Notes: generated by a model from the sequence alone, not told the origin. Numbered from the stretch's first letter, positions 18,923-29,117 are shown. The stretch: DNA of 64,000 nt from Candidatus Sericytochromatia bacterium (GCA_036676985.1 JAKFBU010000023.1:32001-96000), one strand, 5' to 3'. Program-made: numbers and translations.

Positions 18923-19704
18923 AGATCCTCGTCTGCCTGAAACAGGTAGTGGACGTCGAACTGAACATCCAGCTCAAGGCTGGGCAGATCGACGATGCCG
19001 GACTCCGCTACGTCATCAACGCCTATGACGAGTCCGCCCTGGAAGCCGCCCTCCAGCTCAAGGACGCCGGCGAGGCCGACGTCACCATCCTCAGCATCGG
19101 CCCCGATCGGGTCCAGGAAGCCCTCCGCAAGGGCCTGAGCATGGGCGCGGACCGGGCCATCCACCTCAAGGACGACGCCTTCGAGGGCAGCGACTCGTAC
19201 GCCTTCGCCAAGGTCGTCTCCGAGCTCGTCAAGAAGCGGGAGTTCGACCTGGTCATCATGGGCAAGCAGGCGCAGGACACCGACTCCGCGCAGGGCGGCC
19301 CCATGCTCGCCGAGATGCTCGGCTGGCCCCAGGCCACCAACCTCGTCTTCGTCCAGCGGGCTCCCGAGGGCGGCTTGCTGGTCCGCCGCATGGGCGACGA
19401 CGGCAAGGAAGTGCTCAGCATCCAGTCCCCGGCCGTGCTCACCATCAGCAACGACTTCGGCGAGGCCCGCATCCCCACCATGAAGGGCATCATGGGCGCC
19501 AAGAAGAAGGAAATCGAGAGCCTCACCTTGGCCGACATCGGCGTATCGCCCGAGGCGGTCGGCAAGGCCGGCTCGCAGGTCGAGATCGTGAGCCGCGAGA
19601 CCCCCGAGAAGCGCAAGACCGGCCGCAAGCTGACCGGCAAGGCCGACGAGATCACCCGGGAACTGTTCGGCTACTTGGTCAACGAAGCCAAGATCCCGGT
19701 GTAG
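18919..19704 (+). CDS. etfB: electron transfer flavoprotein beta subunit
   Basis: MKILVCLKQV, GKQAQDTDSAQ; ATGA overlap with mcd. Confidence 0.93.
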   Translation: MKILVCLKQVVDVELNIQLKAGQIDDAGLRYVINAYDESALEAALQLKDAGEADVTILSIGPDRVQEALRKGLSMGADRAIHLKDDAFEGSDSYAFAKVVSELVKKREFDLVIMGKQAQDTDSAQGGPMLAEMLGWPQATNLVFVQRAPEGGLLVRRMGDDGKEVLSIQSPAVLTISNDFGEARIPTMKGIMGAKKKEIESLTLADIGVSPEAVGKAGSQVEIVSRETPEKRKTGRKLTGKADEITRELFGYLVNEAKIPV

Positions 19705-19718
19705 GCGCAAGGAAGGAA

Positions 19719-20708
19719 ATGACGATGAAAACGTTGGTCATTGCGGAAGTCAAGGGCAACTCGGTCAAGAAGGTCACCCTCGAGTTGCTGTCCCAAGCCA
19801 AGCGCTGGGGCGCCGAGTCCCATGCGCTGGTCATCGGGTCGGGCGTCGGCCAGCTCGCCGACGAGCTCGCCGCCTACGGCGCCCAGAAGGTCTACGTCGC
19901 CGATGACGCGAGCCTCGACAAGTACCTGACGGCCCCCTACGCCCAGATCGTGGTGGATGCCGTGAACGCCTCGGGCGCCGAGCTCGTGCTCATGAGCTCC
20001 TCGGAGATGGGCAAGGACCTCGCCCCCCGCGTGGCGGCCAAGCTCGACACCGGCGCGGTCACCGATGCCAAGACCATCACCCTCGAGGGCGGTCAGGTCA
20101 AGGCGACCCAGCTCGGCTTCGCCGGCAAGGTCCTGAACCACGTCGTCTTCAAGAACCCCCAGCACAAGGTCGTCACGGTGCAGCCGGGGACCTTCGAGCT
20201 GGGCGAGAAGACCGAGGGCGCCAAGGCCGAGGTCCAGAACCTCGCCATGCCCCAGGTGGACCTGCGCGCGGTCATCAAGGAAGTCCTCAAGGAGACCTCC
20301 GAGAAGATCGACCTGGGCGAGGCCAACATCGTGGTCTCGGGCGGGCGCGGCATGAAGGGCCCCGAGGGCGTCAAGCTCATCGAGCAGCTCGCCGAGACCC
20401 TGGGCGCTGCGGTCGGCGGCTCCCGCGCCGTGTGCGACTCGGGCCTGATGCCCCACACCTGCCAGGTCGGCCAGACCGGACGCGTGGTGGCCCCCCAGGT
20501 CTACTTCGCCATCGGCCTCTCGGGCGCCATCCAGCACCTGGCCGGCATGAGCGGCTCGAAGGTCATCGTGGCCATCAACACCGATCCCGATGCCCCCATC
20601 TTCAACGTGGCGGACTTCGGCATCGTGGCCGACCTCTTCGAGGCCGTGCCCATCCTGATCGAGGAGTTCAAGAAGCTCAAGAGCGGGACGGCCGCCGCCG
20701 CTCGCTAA
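19719..20708 (+). CDS. etfA: electron transfer flavoprotein alpha subunit
   Basis: [45 protein letters not shown]. Confidence 0.95.
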   Translation: MTMKTLVIAEVKGNSVKKVTLELLSQAKRWGAESHALVIGSGVGQLADELAAYGAQKVYVADDASLDKYLTAPYAQIVVDAVNASGAELVLMSSSEMGKDLAPRVAAKLDTGAVTDAKTITLEGGQVKATQLGFAGKVLNHVVFKNPQHKVVTVQPGTFELGEKTEGAKAEVQNLAMPQVDLRAVIKEVLKETSEKIDLGEANIVVSGGRGMKGPEGVKLIEQLAETLGAAVGGSRAVCDSGLMPHTCQVGQTGRVVAPQVYFAIGLSGAIQHLAGMSGSKVIVAINTDPDAPIFNVADFGIVADLFEAVPILIEEFKKLKSGTAAAAR

Positions 20709-20779
20709 ATCCCGGAGCGCCTACCGAGCTGGTCTTGGTAGGCGCTCATTGCCTGGTACACAACTAGCGAGGAGGCCCT

Positions 20780-22825
20780 ATGGGTCCTATTGCCATCACG
20801 ATCATGCTCCTGGTAGCCGCGGGCTTCTTCGGCTACTTCGGGTGGCAGAAGTTCGAGCTCTTGCTGCAGGCCAAGCCCGACTTCCGCCTGGACAACCTTC
20901 CTGCTCGCCTCAAGGGGCTCTGGCAGTACGGCATCCTCCAGCAGCGGCTGGTGAGGAACCACAAGGCCGCCGGCTGGATGCACGCCCTCATCTTCTGGGG
21001 CTTCTGTATCCTCCTCTTGCGCAGCACCGTCTTGATCCTGACGGGGTACAGCGAGGACTTCCACATCCCCGGCCTGCTCGGCCACGCCTACACGCTCGTC
21101 AAGGACGTGTTCGAGGTGACGGTGCTGGTGATGGTGGGCTACGCCGTCTACCGCCGCGTGGTGATCAAGCCCGAGCGCCTCACCAACTCCTTCGAGGCCT
21201 ACCTGATCCTCGGGCTCATCGGCTACCTGATGCTCTCGGACTTCGTCTACGACGGCGCCAAGTTCAACCTGTTCGGGAACGTGGAGCACGTGGCCGACGA
21301 GGCGCGGTTCGCGATCGCCGGCAGCCTCTTTGCCATGCTCTTCAAGAATTTTCCCGCGGCCGGCCTCGAGGTCCTCTACCAGGGGGCCTACTGGTCGCAC
21401 GTGGCGGTCCTGATGGCGTTCGGCGTGTACTTGACCAAGTCCAAGCACATGCACGTGATCACGTCCCTGCCCAACGTCTTCCTGCGCAGCCTGGGGCAGC
21501 CGGCGCTCGCCATCGCCAAGCTGGACCTGGAGGACGAGAACGCCGAGACGTTCGGTGTGGCGACCATCCAGGACCTGACCTGGAAGCAGCAGCTGGACCT
21601 CTTCACCTGCACCGAGTGCGGGCGCTGCCTGTCGAGCTGCCCGACCTACGTGACGCACAAGCCCCTGAGCCTCAAGGGCCTGAACGACGACCTCAAGCAC
21701 CACCTCTTCGCCCAGGCCGGCACCCAGACGCCGCCGCCCGCGGACGAGGGCAACTCGGCCGTGTCCGAGCCCGTGCCGCTCATCGGCCAGGTCGTCTCCG
21801 AGGACACCATGTGGGCCTGCACCTCGTGCGGCTTCTGCGAGACGGCCTGCCCGGTGTTCATCGAGCAGGTGCCCCGCATCATCTCCATGCGCCAGAACCA
21901 GGTCCTCATGGAGGGCAACTTCCCCGATGAGCTCAACAAGCTCTTCTCGGGCCTGGAGCGCTCCAGCAACCCCTGGGGCCTCGGCTACGACAAGCGCGCC
22001 GACTGGGCCAAGGACCTGAACGTCATGACCATGGAAGAGGCCAAGCGGGACGACCGTCCGGTCGAGCTGGTCTACTTCGTGGGCTGCATGGCCTCGTTCG
22101 ACGAGCGGAGCCAGAAGGTCGCCAAGGCGCTCGTGAAGGTGCTGCAGGCGGCGGACATCAAGTTCGCCATCATGGGCAAGGAAGAGGGCTGCACGGGCGA
22201 CTCGGCCCGCCGCCTCGGCAACGAGTACCTGTTCCAGCAGCTGGCGCAGTACAACGTGGACAAGTTCACGGAGTACGACGTCAAGACCCTGCTCACGGCC
22301 TGCCCGCACTGCCACAACACGATCAAGAACGAGTACCCGCAGTTTGGCGGCAACTACAACGTGCTGCACCACAGCGAGTTCATCATGGACCTGCTCAAGC
22401 AGGGCAAGATCCAGGTGACCAAGGCGTTCGAGGACGTCATCTACCACGACTCCTGCTACCTGGGCCGCTACAACGGCATCTACGAGCAGCCGCGCGTCAT
22501 CATCGACCTCCTGTCCACCAACGGCGTCAAGGAGTTCGATCGCAACCGCGAGAACGGCTTCTGCTGCGGCGCCGGCGGCGGCCGCATGTGGATGGAGGAG
22601 ACGATCGGCGAGCGCATCAACGAGGACCGCGTCAAGGAAGGCCTCAAGGAGAACCCCAAGGTCATCGCCTCGGGCTGCCCCTTCTGCCTCACCATGATGA
22701 AGGACGGCGTGGACGTCCAGGGCAAGACCGCGGAGGTCGCGACCATGGACATCGTCGAGCTGGTCGCTCAGGCGCTGGTCGTCAAGGACACGGACGCCAC
22801 GGGCGACAAGGCGACCATCGCCTAG
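20780..22825 (+). CDS. membrane Fe-S oxidoreductase with two 4Fe-4S motifs and CCG domains (FadF/EtfD-like ETF:quinone oxidoreductase)
   Basis: N-terminal TM domain with His residues; CTECGRCLSSCP and CTSCGFCETACP; YHDSCYLGR, CCGAGGG, CPFC; downstream of etfBA. Confidence 0.85.
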   Translation: MGPIAITIMLLVAAGFFGYFGWQKFELLLQAKPDFRLDNLPARLKGLWQYGILQQRLVRNHKAAGWMHALIFWGFCILLLRSTVLILTGYSEDFHIPGLLGHAYTLVKDVFEVTVLVMVGYAVYRRVVIKPERLTNSFEAYLILGLIGYLMLSDFVYDGAKFNLFGNVEHVADEARFAIAGSLFAMLFKNFPAAGLEVLYQGAYWSHVAVLMAFGVYLTKSKHMHVITSLPNVFLRSLGQPALAIAKLDLEDENAETFGVATIQDLTWKQQLDLFTCTECGRCLSSCPTYVTHKPLSLKGLNDDLKHHLFAQAGTQTPPPADEGNSAVSEPVPLIGQVVSEDTMWACTSCGFCETACPVFIEQVPRIISMRQNQVLMEGNFPDELNKLFSGLERSSNPWGLGYDKRADWAKDLNVMTMEEAKRDDRPVELVYFVGCMASFDERSQKVAKALVKVLQAADIKFAIMGKEEGCTGDSARRLGNEYLFQQLAQYNVDKFTEYDVKTLLTACPHCHNTIKNEYPQFGGNYNVLHHSEFIMDLLKQGKIQVTKAFEDVIYHDSCYLGRYNGIYEQPRVIIDLLSTNGVKEFDRNRENGFCCGAGGGRMWMEETIGERINEDRVKEGLKENPKVIASGCPFCLTMMKDGVDVQGKTAEVATMDIVELVAQALVVKDTDATGDKATIA

Positions 22826-22838
22826 CGCGCCACCACTC

Positions 22839-22870
22839 GACCCCCGGGGGCAAGCCCCCGGGGGTCTTTC
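22839..22870 (+). terminator. intrinsic terminator of the ccr-mcd-etfBA-Fe-S operon
   Basis: GACCCCCGGGGG-caag-CCCCCGGGGGTC followed by TTT. Confidence 0.8.
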
Positions 22871-22993
22871 GTTGCGGAGACCTCTTCACGGTAACCTCAC
22901 ACCGCAATCCGGGATTTCTACGGACCCTTGACAGGCGGGTTCTGGCCTACGCTTGGGCATGGAAAGCTGGAACGATGCGACAGGTGGGTGTCC

Positions 22994-23719
22994 ATGTCCG
23001 TACGATGGCGTATCGGCACACTCTTGGCCCTGGCCGGCTTGATCGGCCTCTCCGCATGCAGCGATCCCGATGAGGCCACGGGCATCGTCCGGCCCAAGGC
23101 CTCGCCGTCGGCGGGCGCGAGCCCGGGCGGCCTCACCGGAGGCGTCGGCGGCCCCACCACGACCGAGCCCCTCGTCCAGTACGTCCGCCTGGACGTCGCC
23201 ACCCTCTCCCTCAATGTCCCGCCCGCCGCGGGCCTCGTGTCCGCCGGCTTGCCCTCCACGGCGAGCCTCAATCCCCGTGCCCTGCTCACCGACGGCCAGC
23301 TCGATCCGGTCGGCGTGGATTGGCAGATCCAGGATCCCAGCCGCCTGACGGTCGATGCGGCGGGCGTGGTCAGCCTCCGCGCCGATGCCGCGGTGGGCGT
23401 CACGACGGTCACGGCCGTCTCCAAGCGCAACCCGACCCTCAAGGCGCAGGCCGCCATCACCATCACGCGTGACGGCATCCTCGAGGTCAAGGGGCTGGAG
23501 CCGGGCGGGTCCGGCTACGTCCGGGCCAACGTCACCCGTAACGGGACCTACGTCGCCAACCAGGTCATCGATGAACCGCCGCGCATCCGGTTACCCGGAG
23601 GTGTCTCCTATGACGTGCAGTTGCAACGCGTGTCGGGCAACGAGACTACGGTCGTCAAAAACTTCGCCGACCTGCTGATCCCACCGAACGCCGTCGCCAT
23701 CGCCACCGTGAGCCCCTAG
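22994..23719 (+). CDS. lipoprotein with Ig-like domain
   Basis: lipobox LSAC; VDWQIQDPSRLTVDAAGVV...VTAVS resembles a bacterial Ig-like (Big_2) domain. Confidence 0.7.
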   Translation: MSVRWRIGTLLALAGLIGLSACSDPDEATGIVRPKASPSAGASPGGLTGGVGGPTTTEPLVQYVRLDVATLSLNVPPAAGLVSAGLPSTASLNPRALLTDGQLDPVGVDWQIQDPSRLTVDAAGVVSLRADAAVGVTTVTAVSKRNPTLKAQAAITITRDGILEVKGLEPGGSGYVRANVTRNGTYVANQVIDEPPRIRLPGGVSYDVQLQRVSGNETTVVKNFADLLIPPNAVAIATVSP

Positions 23720-23745
23720 CGCATCGTCCAACCCGCGAGGTCCCC

Positions 23746-26553
23746 ATGCGCCACCTCTCATGGCTTCTGATCCTCCTGATGCTCGCCCTGACGGGCTGCC
23801 CCCGCCTTCCGGGACTAGGACAGGTGGAGACCGCCCCCTTGAACGGGACGGTCGCATGGGGCAGCGACTACGCGGTGCAGGCCACCTCGGCCGAGGTGGC
23901 CAACGGCGCCACGGTCTCGCTCATCGATCCTTACACCGGGGCTACCGTCGTCACCACCCTCACCAAGCCCGACGGCTCCTTCTCCCTCAATCTCAAGAAC
24001 GTTAGCTTCGCGAGCGATCGCCCCTACCTGCTCGAGGCCCTCAAGGGACTGGCGGCCGGCGGGGCACCGAACCGGGCAGGCGCACCCGAGGCCCGCATCC
24101 GCACGCTCATCAGCCTCGTGAATGGCTCATGGACGAGCCTCAGCGGCCCGGTCATCCGGATCAACCCCGCTACCACGGCCCTTTGCATCGTGAGTGGCTT
24201 CAGGGGCCTCACCCTGGTGCAGCAACAGGCCCTCATGGCCACCCTGCCACCGGCAACCGGGGCCTTCGCCGGCAACGCGGACCTCCCCGCGGTGGACTTC
24301 ACCTCCGTCGAGGCCCTGGTCAACGCGAGCCTCCTGCTGGATCAAGACCCGGTGCACGTGATTGCGCGCAACACCCTCAATGGCACCTACGTACGCATGG
24401 AGCGCGGGCCGTTCATCACCAACGTCTCGGCCAAGCGTGCGACGCCGGGCACGACCATCATCCTCTACGGCACGGGGGTCGACGCGCTCGTGGCCAACAA
24501 CCTCATCAGCTTCAACGGCACGCCGGCAAGCTCCATGAGCCTCGTGCCGGGCGGTATCGCCGTCACCGTACCCGCCGGAGCCTCCACCGGGCCGCTCACG
24601 CTGCGGGTTGGCAACCTCGAGACCGTCGCGGTGACGACCTTCTTGCCCGTCCTTCCCATGACTACCATCCAGACGCTCGCTGGCACCAGGGCCCCGGCGC
24701 CGGGCTCGCTCGGAACGAGCTGGGGCATCTTCCCCGACATGAACACCGTCGACCGCAACGGCAACTGCTACGTGTGGGACGGTCAGAGTCTACAGCTCTA
24801 TCGGATCGCCTCGCCGAGTCTCGGGATCTCGCTGTTCGCGGGATCGGGGGGCAATGGCTACGCGGGCGACAACGGTCCGGCGGTCAATGCCAAGATCAAC
24901 GGCGTCGGAGCCATGACGACGGATGCCGCCGGCAACGTGTACGTCGCGGATACCAACAACTTCCGGGTCCGCAAGATCGATGCCACCACGGGCATCATCA
25001 CGACGGTGGTGGGCAATGGAACGCAGGGCAATCCTGCCGAGGGCGCCACGGCCAACGCCGCGCCCCTCTGGGGTCCCCAGGGCCTTGCCCTCGACTCCGC
25101 GGGGAACCTCTTCATACTGGACAACAAGCGCATCCGCAAGGTGACGCCGGGAGGCCTCATCTCGACCTATGCCGGGGGCACCGCGGACACGACCTCCGAT
25201 GGGGTGCCCGCCACGACGGTGGGTTTCGACGACCCGCGCGCCCTGGCCATCGACGGTGCCGGCAACCTCTTCGTCGCCCAGTACTACACCACGAAGCCCC
25301 TGCGCAAGATCGACCCCGGCGGCGTCATCACGACCATCGCCGGCGCGGCGCAGAGCCTTCGCGTGGCGGCGGACGCGGCGGGCAACGTCTATTACTGTAC
25401 GAACAACACCGTGCGCCGCATCACGCCGGGCGGTGCCAACACGATCGTGGCCGGTATCAACGGCTTGTATGGCTACACGGGTGACAACGGCCCGGCGACC
25501 AGCGCCAGGCTCGGAGCCACCTTCTACGGGCTCGCATGCACGCCGGGCGGAGCCGTGTTCCTGTCCGACACCAACAACTGGCGGGTTCGAAAGGTCGAAG
25601 GCGGCGTCATCACGACGGTAGCCGGCACCGGCAGCCGTTTCTCGGGAGACGGTGGTCAGGCGCTCGCCGCTCAGTTTGCCAACCCCGCGGGCATGGCCTA
25701 CGACTCCGCCGGCAACCTGTATGTCGGTGACAGCGGGGCCTACCGGGTCCGCAAGATCTCGCCTTCGGGGATCATCACCACGGTGGCGGGCAACGGCACG
25801 ATCGGCACCTCCGGCAACGGGGGCCCGGCGGTCAATGCCCAGTTGAGCCAGCAGATCTCGGACCTCGCCGTCGACAAATTCGATAACCTGTACATCCTCG
25901 ACAAATACAACGATCGCATCGTTCGCAAGGTCGACACCAACGGCATCATCACGCACTTCGCGGGCGGCGGTGCCCTCCTCGGGGATAATGGACCCGCCGC
26001 GACCGCCAAGCTCAGTGATCCGGAAGGCCTCGCGTGCGACGCGGTCGGAAACCTCTACATCGCCGACTACGCCGCCGGTCGGGTCCGCAAGGTGGCGGCC
26101 GACACGGGCATCATCACCACGGTGGCGGCGGTCCCTAGCCCGACCGACATGGCCGTCGATGCGGCGGGCAACCTCTATATCTCGGGCTTTCACTACTACG
26201 TCCGGAAGCTGACGGCCGCCACGGGCGTCCTGAGCATCCTGGCCGGGAACGGGTTCTCCGGGGACACGGGGGATGGTGGCCTGGCGCTCAATGCCCGGCT
26301 GGACTACCAGAACGGCGTCGCGGTCGATTCGGCCGGTAACGTGTATATCAGCACCAGCGGCCGCATCCGGATGGTGGACGCCGGGACGGGGATCATTCGG
26401 ACCGTTGCCGGCACGACCGTCAGCGGCTACAACGGGGACGGCACGCCCGCCACCGGCATCCAGCTCTTCTATCCCGGCAAGCTCCTCATGGACACCAACA
26501 ACCAGCTGGTGTTCAGCGATATGAGCAACTACATGGTACGGAGGCTGCAGTGA
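23746..26553 (+). CDS. lipoprotein: unnamed N-terminal domain + IPT/TIG + about 12 NHL repeats
   Basis: lipobox LTGC; PFITNVS..ATPGTTIILYGTG...VTVPAGASTGP (IPT); 12 xDxxGNxYx repeats with GDNGPA linkers. Confidence 0.85.
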   Translation: MRHLSWLLILLMLALTGCPRLPGLGQVETAPLNGTVAWGSDYAVQATSAEVANGATVSLIDPYTGATVVTTLTKPDGSFSLNLKNVSFASDRPYLLEALKGLAAGGAPNRAGAPEARIRTLISLVNGSWTSLSGPVIRINPATTALCIVSGFRGLTLVQQQALMATLPPATGAFAGNADLPAVDFTSVEALVNASLLLDQDPVHVIARNTLNGTYVRMERGPFITNVSAKRATPGTTIILYGTGVDALVANNLISFNGTPASSMSLVPGGIAVTVPAGASTGPLTLRVGNLETVAVTTFLPVLPMTTIQTLAGTRAPAPGSLGTSWGIFPDMNTVDRNGNCYVWDGQSLQLYRIASPSLGISLFAGSGGNGYAGDNGPAVNAKINGVGAMTTDAAGNVYVADTNNFRVRKIDATTGIITTVVGNGTQGNPAEGATANAAPLWGPQGLALDSAGNLFILDNKRIRKVTPGGLISTYAGGTADTTSDGVPATTVGFDDPRALAIDGAGNLFVAQYYTTKPLRKIDPGGVITTIAGAAQSLRVAADAAGNVYYCTNNTVRRITPGGANTIVAGINGLYGYTGDNGPATSARLGATFYGLACTPGGAVFLSDTNNWRVRKVEGGVITTVAGTGSRFSGDGGQALAAQFANPAGMAYDSAGNLYVGDSGAYRVRKISPSGIITTVAGNGTIGTSGNGGPAVNAQLSQQISDLAVDKFDNLYILDKYNDRIVRKVDTNGIITHFAGGGALLGDNGPAATAKLSDPEGLACDAVGNLYIADYAAGRVRKVAADTGIITTVAAVPSPTDMAVDAAGNLYISGFHYYVRKLTAATGVLSILAGNGFSGDTGDGGLALNARLDYQNGVAVDSAGNVYISTSGRIRMVDAGTGIIRTVAGTTVSGYNGDGTPATGIQLFYPGKLLMDTNNQLVFSDMSNYMVRRLQ

Positions 26554-27521
26554 TGCGACTCGATCGGTGCCTCGGCTTCGCCCTCAGCCTGGGCCTCCTT
26601 GGCTGCAGCTCCTATCTTCCACCGGGAGTCGAGCCCCTCCCGCCCCTGATCGGCCAGGTCGAGCCTCTCGCCTCCCGGCTGGTGGCCGCCAGCACGAGCG
26701 AGGTCGCCAACGGCGCCACGGTCGCGCTCATCGACCCCACTTCCGGGAACACCATCGCCACCACCCTCAGTACCCCCAACGGCCAGTTCGTGCTCAACTT
26801 CCCGCCCGCCACCTTCACCCCGGGATCCAACCCGTATTTCCTCGAGGCGAGCAAGGGACTGGGCACCAGCAGCAACCAGGTGGGTGCCAGTGCCGTACGC
26901 CTCCGGACCCTCATCCGCATGAACAACGGCGACTGGGAGTCCTTCAGCAGCAACGGCATCTACGTCGGCCGCTCGACCACCGCGCTTGCCATCCTCTCGA
27001 GCCTCAAGGGGCTGAGCGTCGCCCAGAACATCGCTCTCTTGAAGACCCTCACGGTCGGAGCGCCCTCGACCGTGGGCGGCATCACGAGCCCGGACACGTT
27101 CGGGGGAACCCCGGCCGTGACGGCCCTCGAGTACCAGCAGGTGTGGGACCTGGTGACCCGTTCCCTGGATCAGAACGCCGATCCCATGGCCTCGATCGTC
27201 CAGCGCCCGAACGCCACGGCCAGCGTGGACACGGACCTGGGAAGCGGCTACGGCCTGCGGCCCGGGTTCGGCTGGGCAGCGGCCGGCGTCGTGCTGGCGG
27301 ACGTCAGCCCGGCGGCCGCTGCCGTCGGCAGCACGCTGACCCTGTATGGCCACGGACTGAACGCGGGCCTGACGGTCCGGCTCAACAGCCTCTCGTGCCC
27401 GGTGCTCACGACCGACGGGACCACGGCCACCTTCAGGCTGCCTGCCGGCTCGACCAGCGGCAACCTGGAGGTTCGCTCCGGGCCCTGGATTCATCGCGGC
27501 CTGTTCGTCACGGTGCTGTAA
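26550..27521 (+). CDS. lipoprotein: same unnamed N-terminal domain + IPT/TIG
   Basis: lipobox LLGC; SEVANGATVALIDP shared with the upstream gene; C-terminal VSPAAAAVGSTLTLYGHG (IPT); GTGA overlap. Confidence 0.8.
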   Translation: MMRLDRCLGFALSLGLLGCSSYLPPGVEPLPPLIGQVEPLASRLVAASTSEVANGATVALIDPTSGNTIATTLSTPNGQFVLNFPPATFTPGSNPYFLEASKGLGTSSNQVGASAVRLRTLIRMNNGDWESFSSNGIYVGRSTTALAILSSLKGLSVAQNIALLKTLTVGAPSTVGGITSPDTFGGTPAVTALEYQQVWDLVTRSLDQNADPMASIVQRPNATASVDTDLGSGYGLRPGFGWAAAGVVLADVSPAAAAVGSTLTLYGHGLNAGLTVRLNSLSCPVLTTDGTTATFRLPAGSTSGNLEVRSGPWIHRGLFVTVL

Positions 27522-27644
27522 GGGGACCGCAAGCGCAACGCGCGCGTCACAAAGACGCCGGGATGTCATTTAATGCCCGTTTAACGGTACAACCGGGGGT
27601 TCCGGGGTAGGAATGAACCAGCCCCAGAAGCCAGGAGGTTCCCC

Positions 27645-27818
27645 ATGCACATCGGAAAATCAGTCAGGTCCTTCGCTCGCCGTACCGTGAACAAGGCCAA
27701 GTCTACCTACAAGAAGGCCAAGAACTATGTCGCCAAGGTGACGGGCCATAATCAGGACCAGAAGAAGCTCAGCGGGTATGCCGCCGGCCGCTACGGCGGC
27801 TATGGCAAGTTGGGCTAA
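27645..27818 (+). CDS. small basic protein (57 aa), not in the ORF track
   Basis: AGGAGG RBS; MHIGKSVRSFARRTVNKAKSTYKKAKNYVAKVTGHNQDQKKLSGYAAGRYGGYGKLG; followed by a terminator. Confidence 0.7.
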   Translation: MHIGKSVRSFARRTVNKAKSTYKKAKNYVAKVTGHNQDQKKLSGYAAGRYGGYGKLG

Positions 27819-27844
27819 CCGCTACGCTGGCATTCGCCTCGAGA

Positions 27845-27872
27845 AAACGCCCGCCGGTGACGGCGGGCGTTT
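27845..27872. terminator. bidirectional terminator
   Basis: AAACGCCCGCCG-gtga-CGGCGGGCGTTT between convergent genes. Confidence 0.8.
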
Positions 27873-27881
27873 CGCTTGGCG

Positions 27882-29054
27882 CTACTTGTGAACGACGCCG
27901 ACCTCGAGGTTGGCGTAAAGGAAGGCGCGATCGCGCTTCAGGAGCTCGGCTGCGAACTCCGGGAAGCGCTCGATCTGCTTCACTTCGTCCGACGGGATGG
28001 CGCGAGCGAGCAGGGTGTTCCAGTTGGCCATGCGCGCCCCGTTCCGGCCGATCCGCACGATCTCCTCGTGCAGGCGCACGAAGATCGGCTGGCTGATCCA
28101 GTCGAAGAGGTTGGAGACGTTGAACTTGGAGAAGGTGTCATCCGGCATCGAGGTGAGGAACTGCTCGATCTCGCCCGTGAAGATCTCGATCCGGCCGACC
28201 CGCTCGCGCATGGTCTCGAAGTTCTCGCGCTGGAGGTGGGGCGGCAGGGCGTCCTCGTCCAGGTAGTGTCCGAGCAGGATGAGCCCCAGGAAGTAGTTGG
28301 ATCGGATGGGGATCTGGGTGAAGGCGTGCTCGGTGCGCGCCCGGAAGATCTTGCCGAAGTTGTCGAAGTCGACCAGGCGGAAGTGCTCCTTGTCCTTGGC
28401 CCGGGTCATGACCGTCCGGCTGAAGAACATGTCGAAGATCGTCCGCCAGAGCGGCCCGTCGATCTCCTGGTCGTAAAAGGCCCGCTGATCGGCGAGCGTC
28501 GCGCAGTCGAAGAAGCGGCGGATCCGCTTGCGCCCGTAGAGCCCGCGCATGAGCTTGCCGAAGGCGAGCAGGTAGCGCTCGAGGCGGCCCACGAAAAGCA
28601 GGCCCTTCTCGACGAGGACCTGGTGCTCGTCCCAGAAGGCGCGGGCCTCGCTCGACAGCTCGTGCCTGAGCTTGTAGTAAAGCGCCTTGCGCCGGGTCGA
28701 CTTGCGGACGCCCATCAGCTCCAGGAGCTCGCCGTACTCGAGGGCCTTGAAGGCCGCCATCTTCATGCGCAAGAGGTGGTTCTGGCTCGCGTTGAAGTCC
28801 AGGGCCACGACCTTGGCCGGATCGTGCAGCAACAGCGAGAGCGTGTTGCAGCCGCCCGAGGTGATGGAGAAGCAGACGTCGCCCGAGCGCACCTGCAAGG
28901 CTTCCTGGAGGATCACGGGGTCCTCCCAGCAGTTGGCGTAGCCGATCGACCGGAAGAAGGGGCGGTCGGCCACCTCGCTCCGTAGGTTACGGGTGGCCTT
29001 CAGGGCCTGCGTGCGCTTGCTCTCCGAGAGGGTTTCGTCCTGGTGGCTGACCAT
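27882..29054 (-). CDS. DUF3419 / BtaA-like SAM-dependent 3-amino-3-carboxypropyl transferase family
   Basis: YANCWEDP, ITSGGCN.L, ALDFNASQNHLL..K, NYF, LPPHL, SNLFDW, DRAFLY motifs; start may be 29066. Confidence 0.85.
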   Translation of the reverse strand: MVSHQDETLSESKRTQALKATRNLRSEVADRPFFRSIGYANCWEDPVILQEALQVRSGDVCFSITSGGCNTLSLLLHDPAKVVALDFNASQNHLLRMKMAAFKALEYGELLELMGVRKSTRRKALYYKLRHELSSEARAFWDEHQVLVEKGLLFVGRLERYLLAFGKLMRGLYGRKRIRRFFDCATLADQRAFYDQEIDGPLWRTIFDMFFSRTVMTRAKDKEHFRLVDFDNFGKIFRARTEHAFTQIPIRSNYFLGLILLGHYLDEDALPPHLQRENFETMRERVGRIEIFTGEIEQFLTSMPDDTFSKFNVSNLFDWISQPIFVRLHEEIVRIGRNGARMANWNTLLARAIPSDEVKQIERFPEFAAELLKRDRAFLYANLEVGVVHK

Positions 29055-29117
29055 TAACCGCTCCATCGTCTAATTGGGGGCCATCCCCTTGTACCACGCA
29101 GGAGCGGCCTCGCAACG

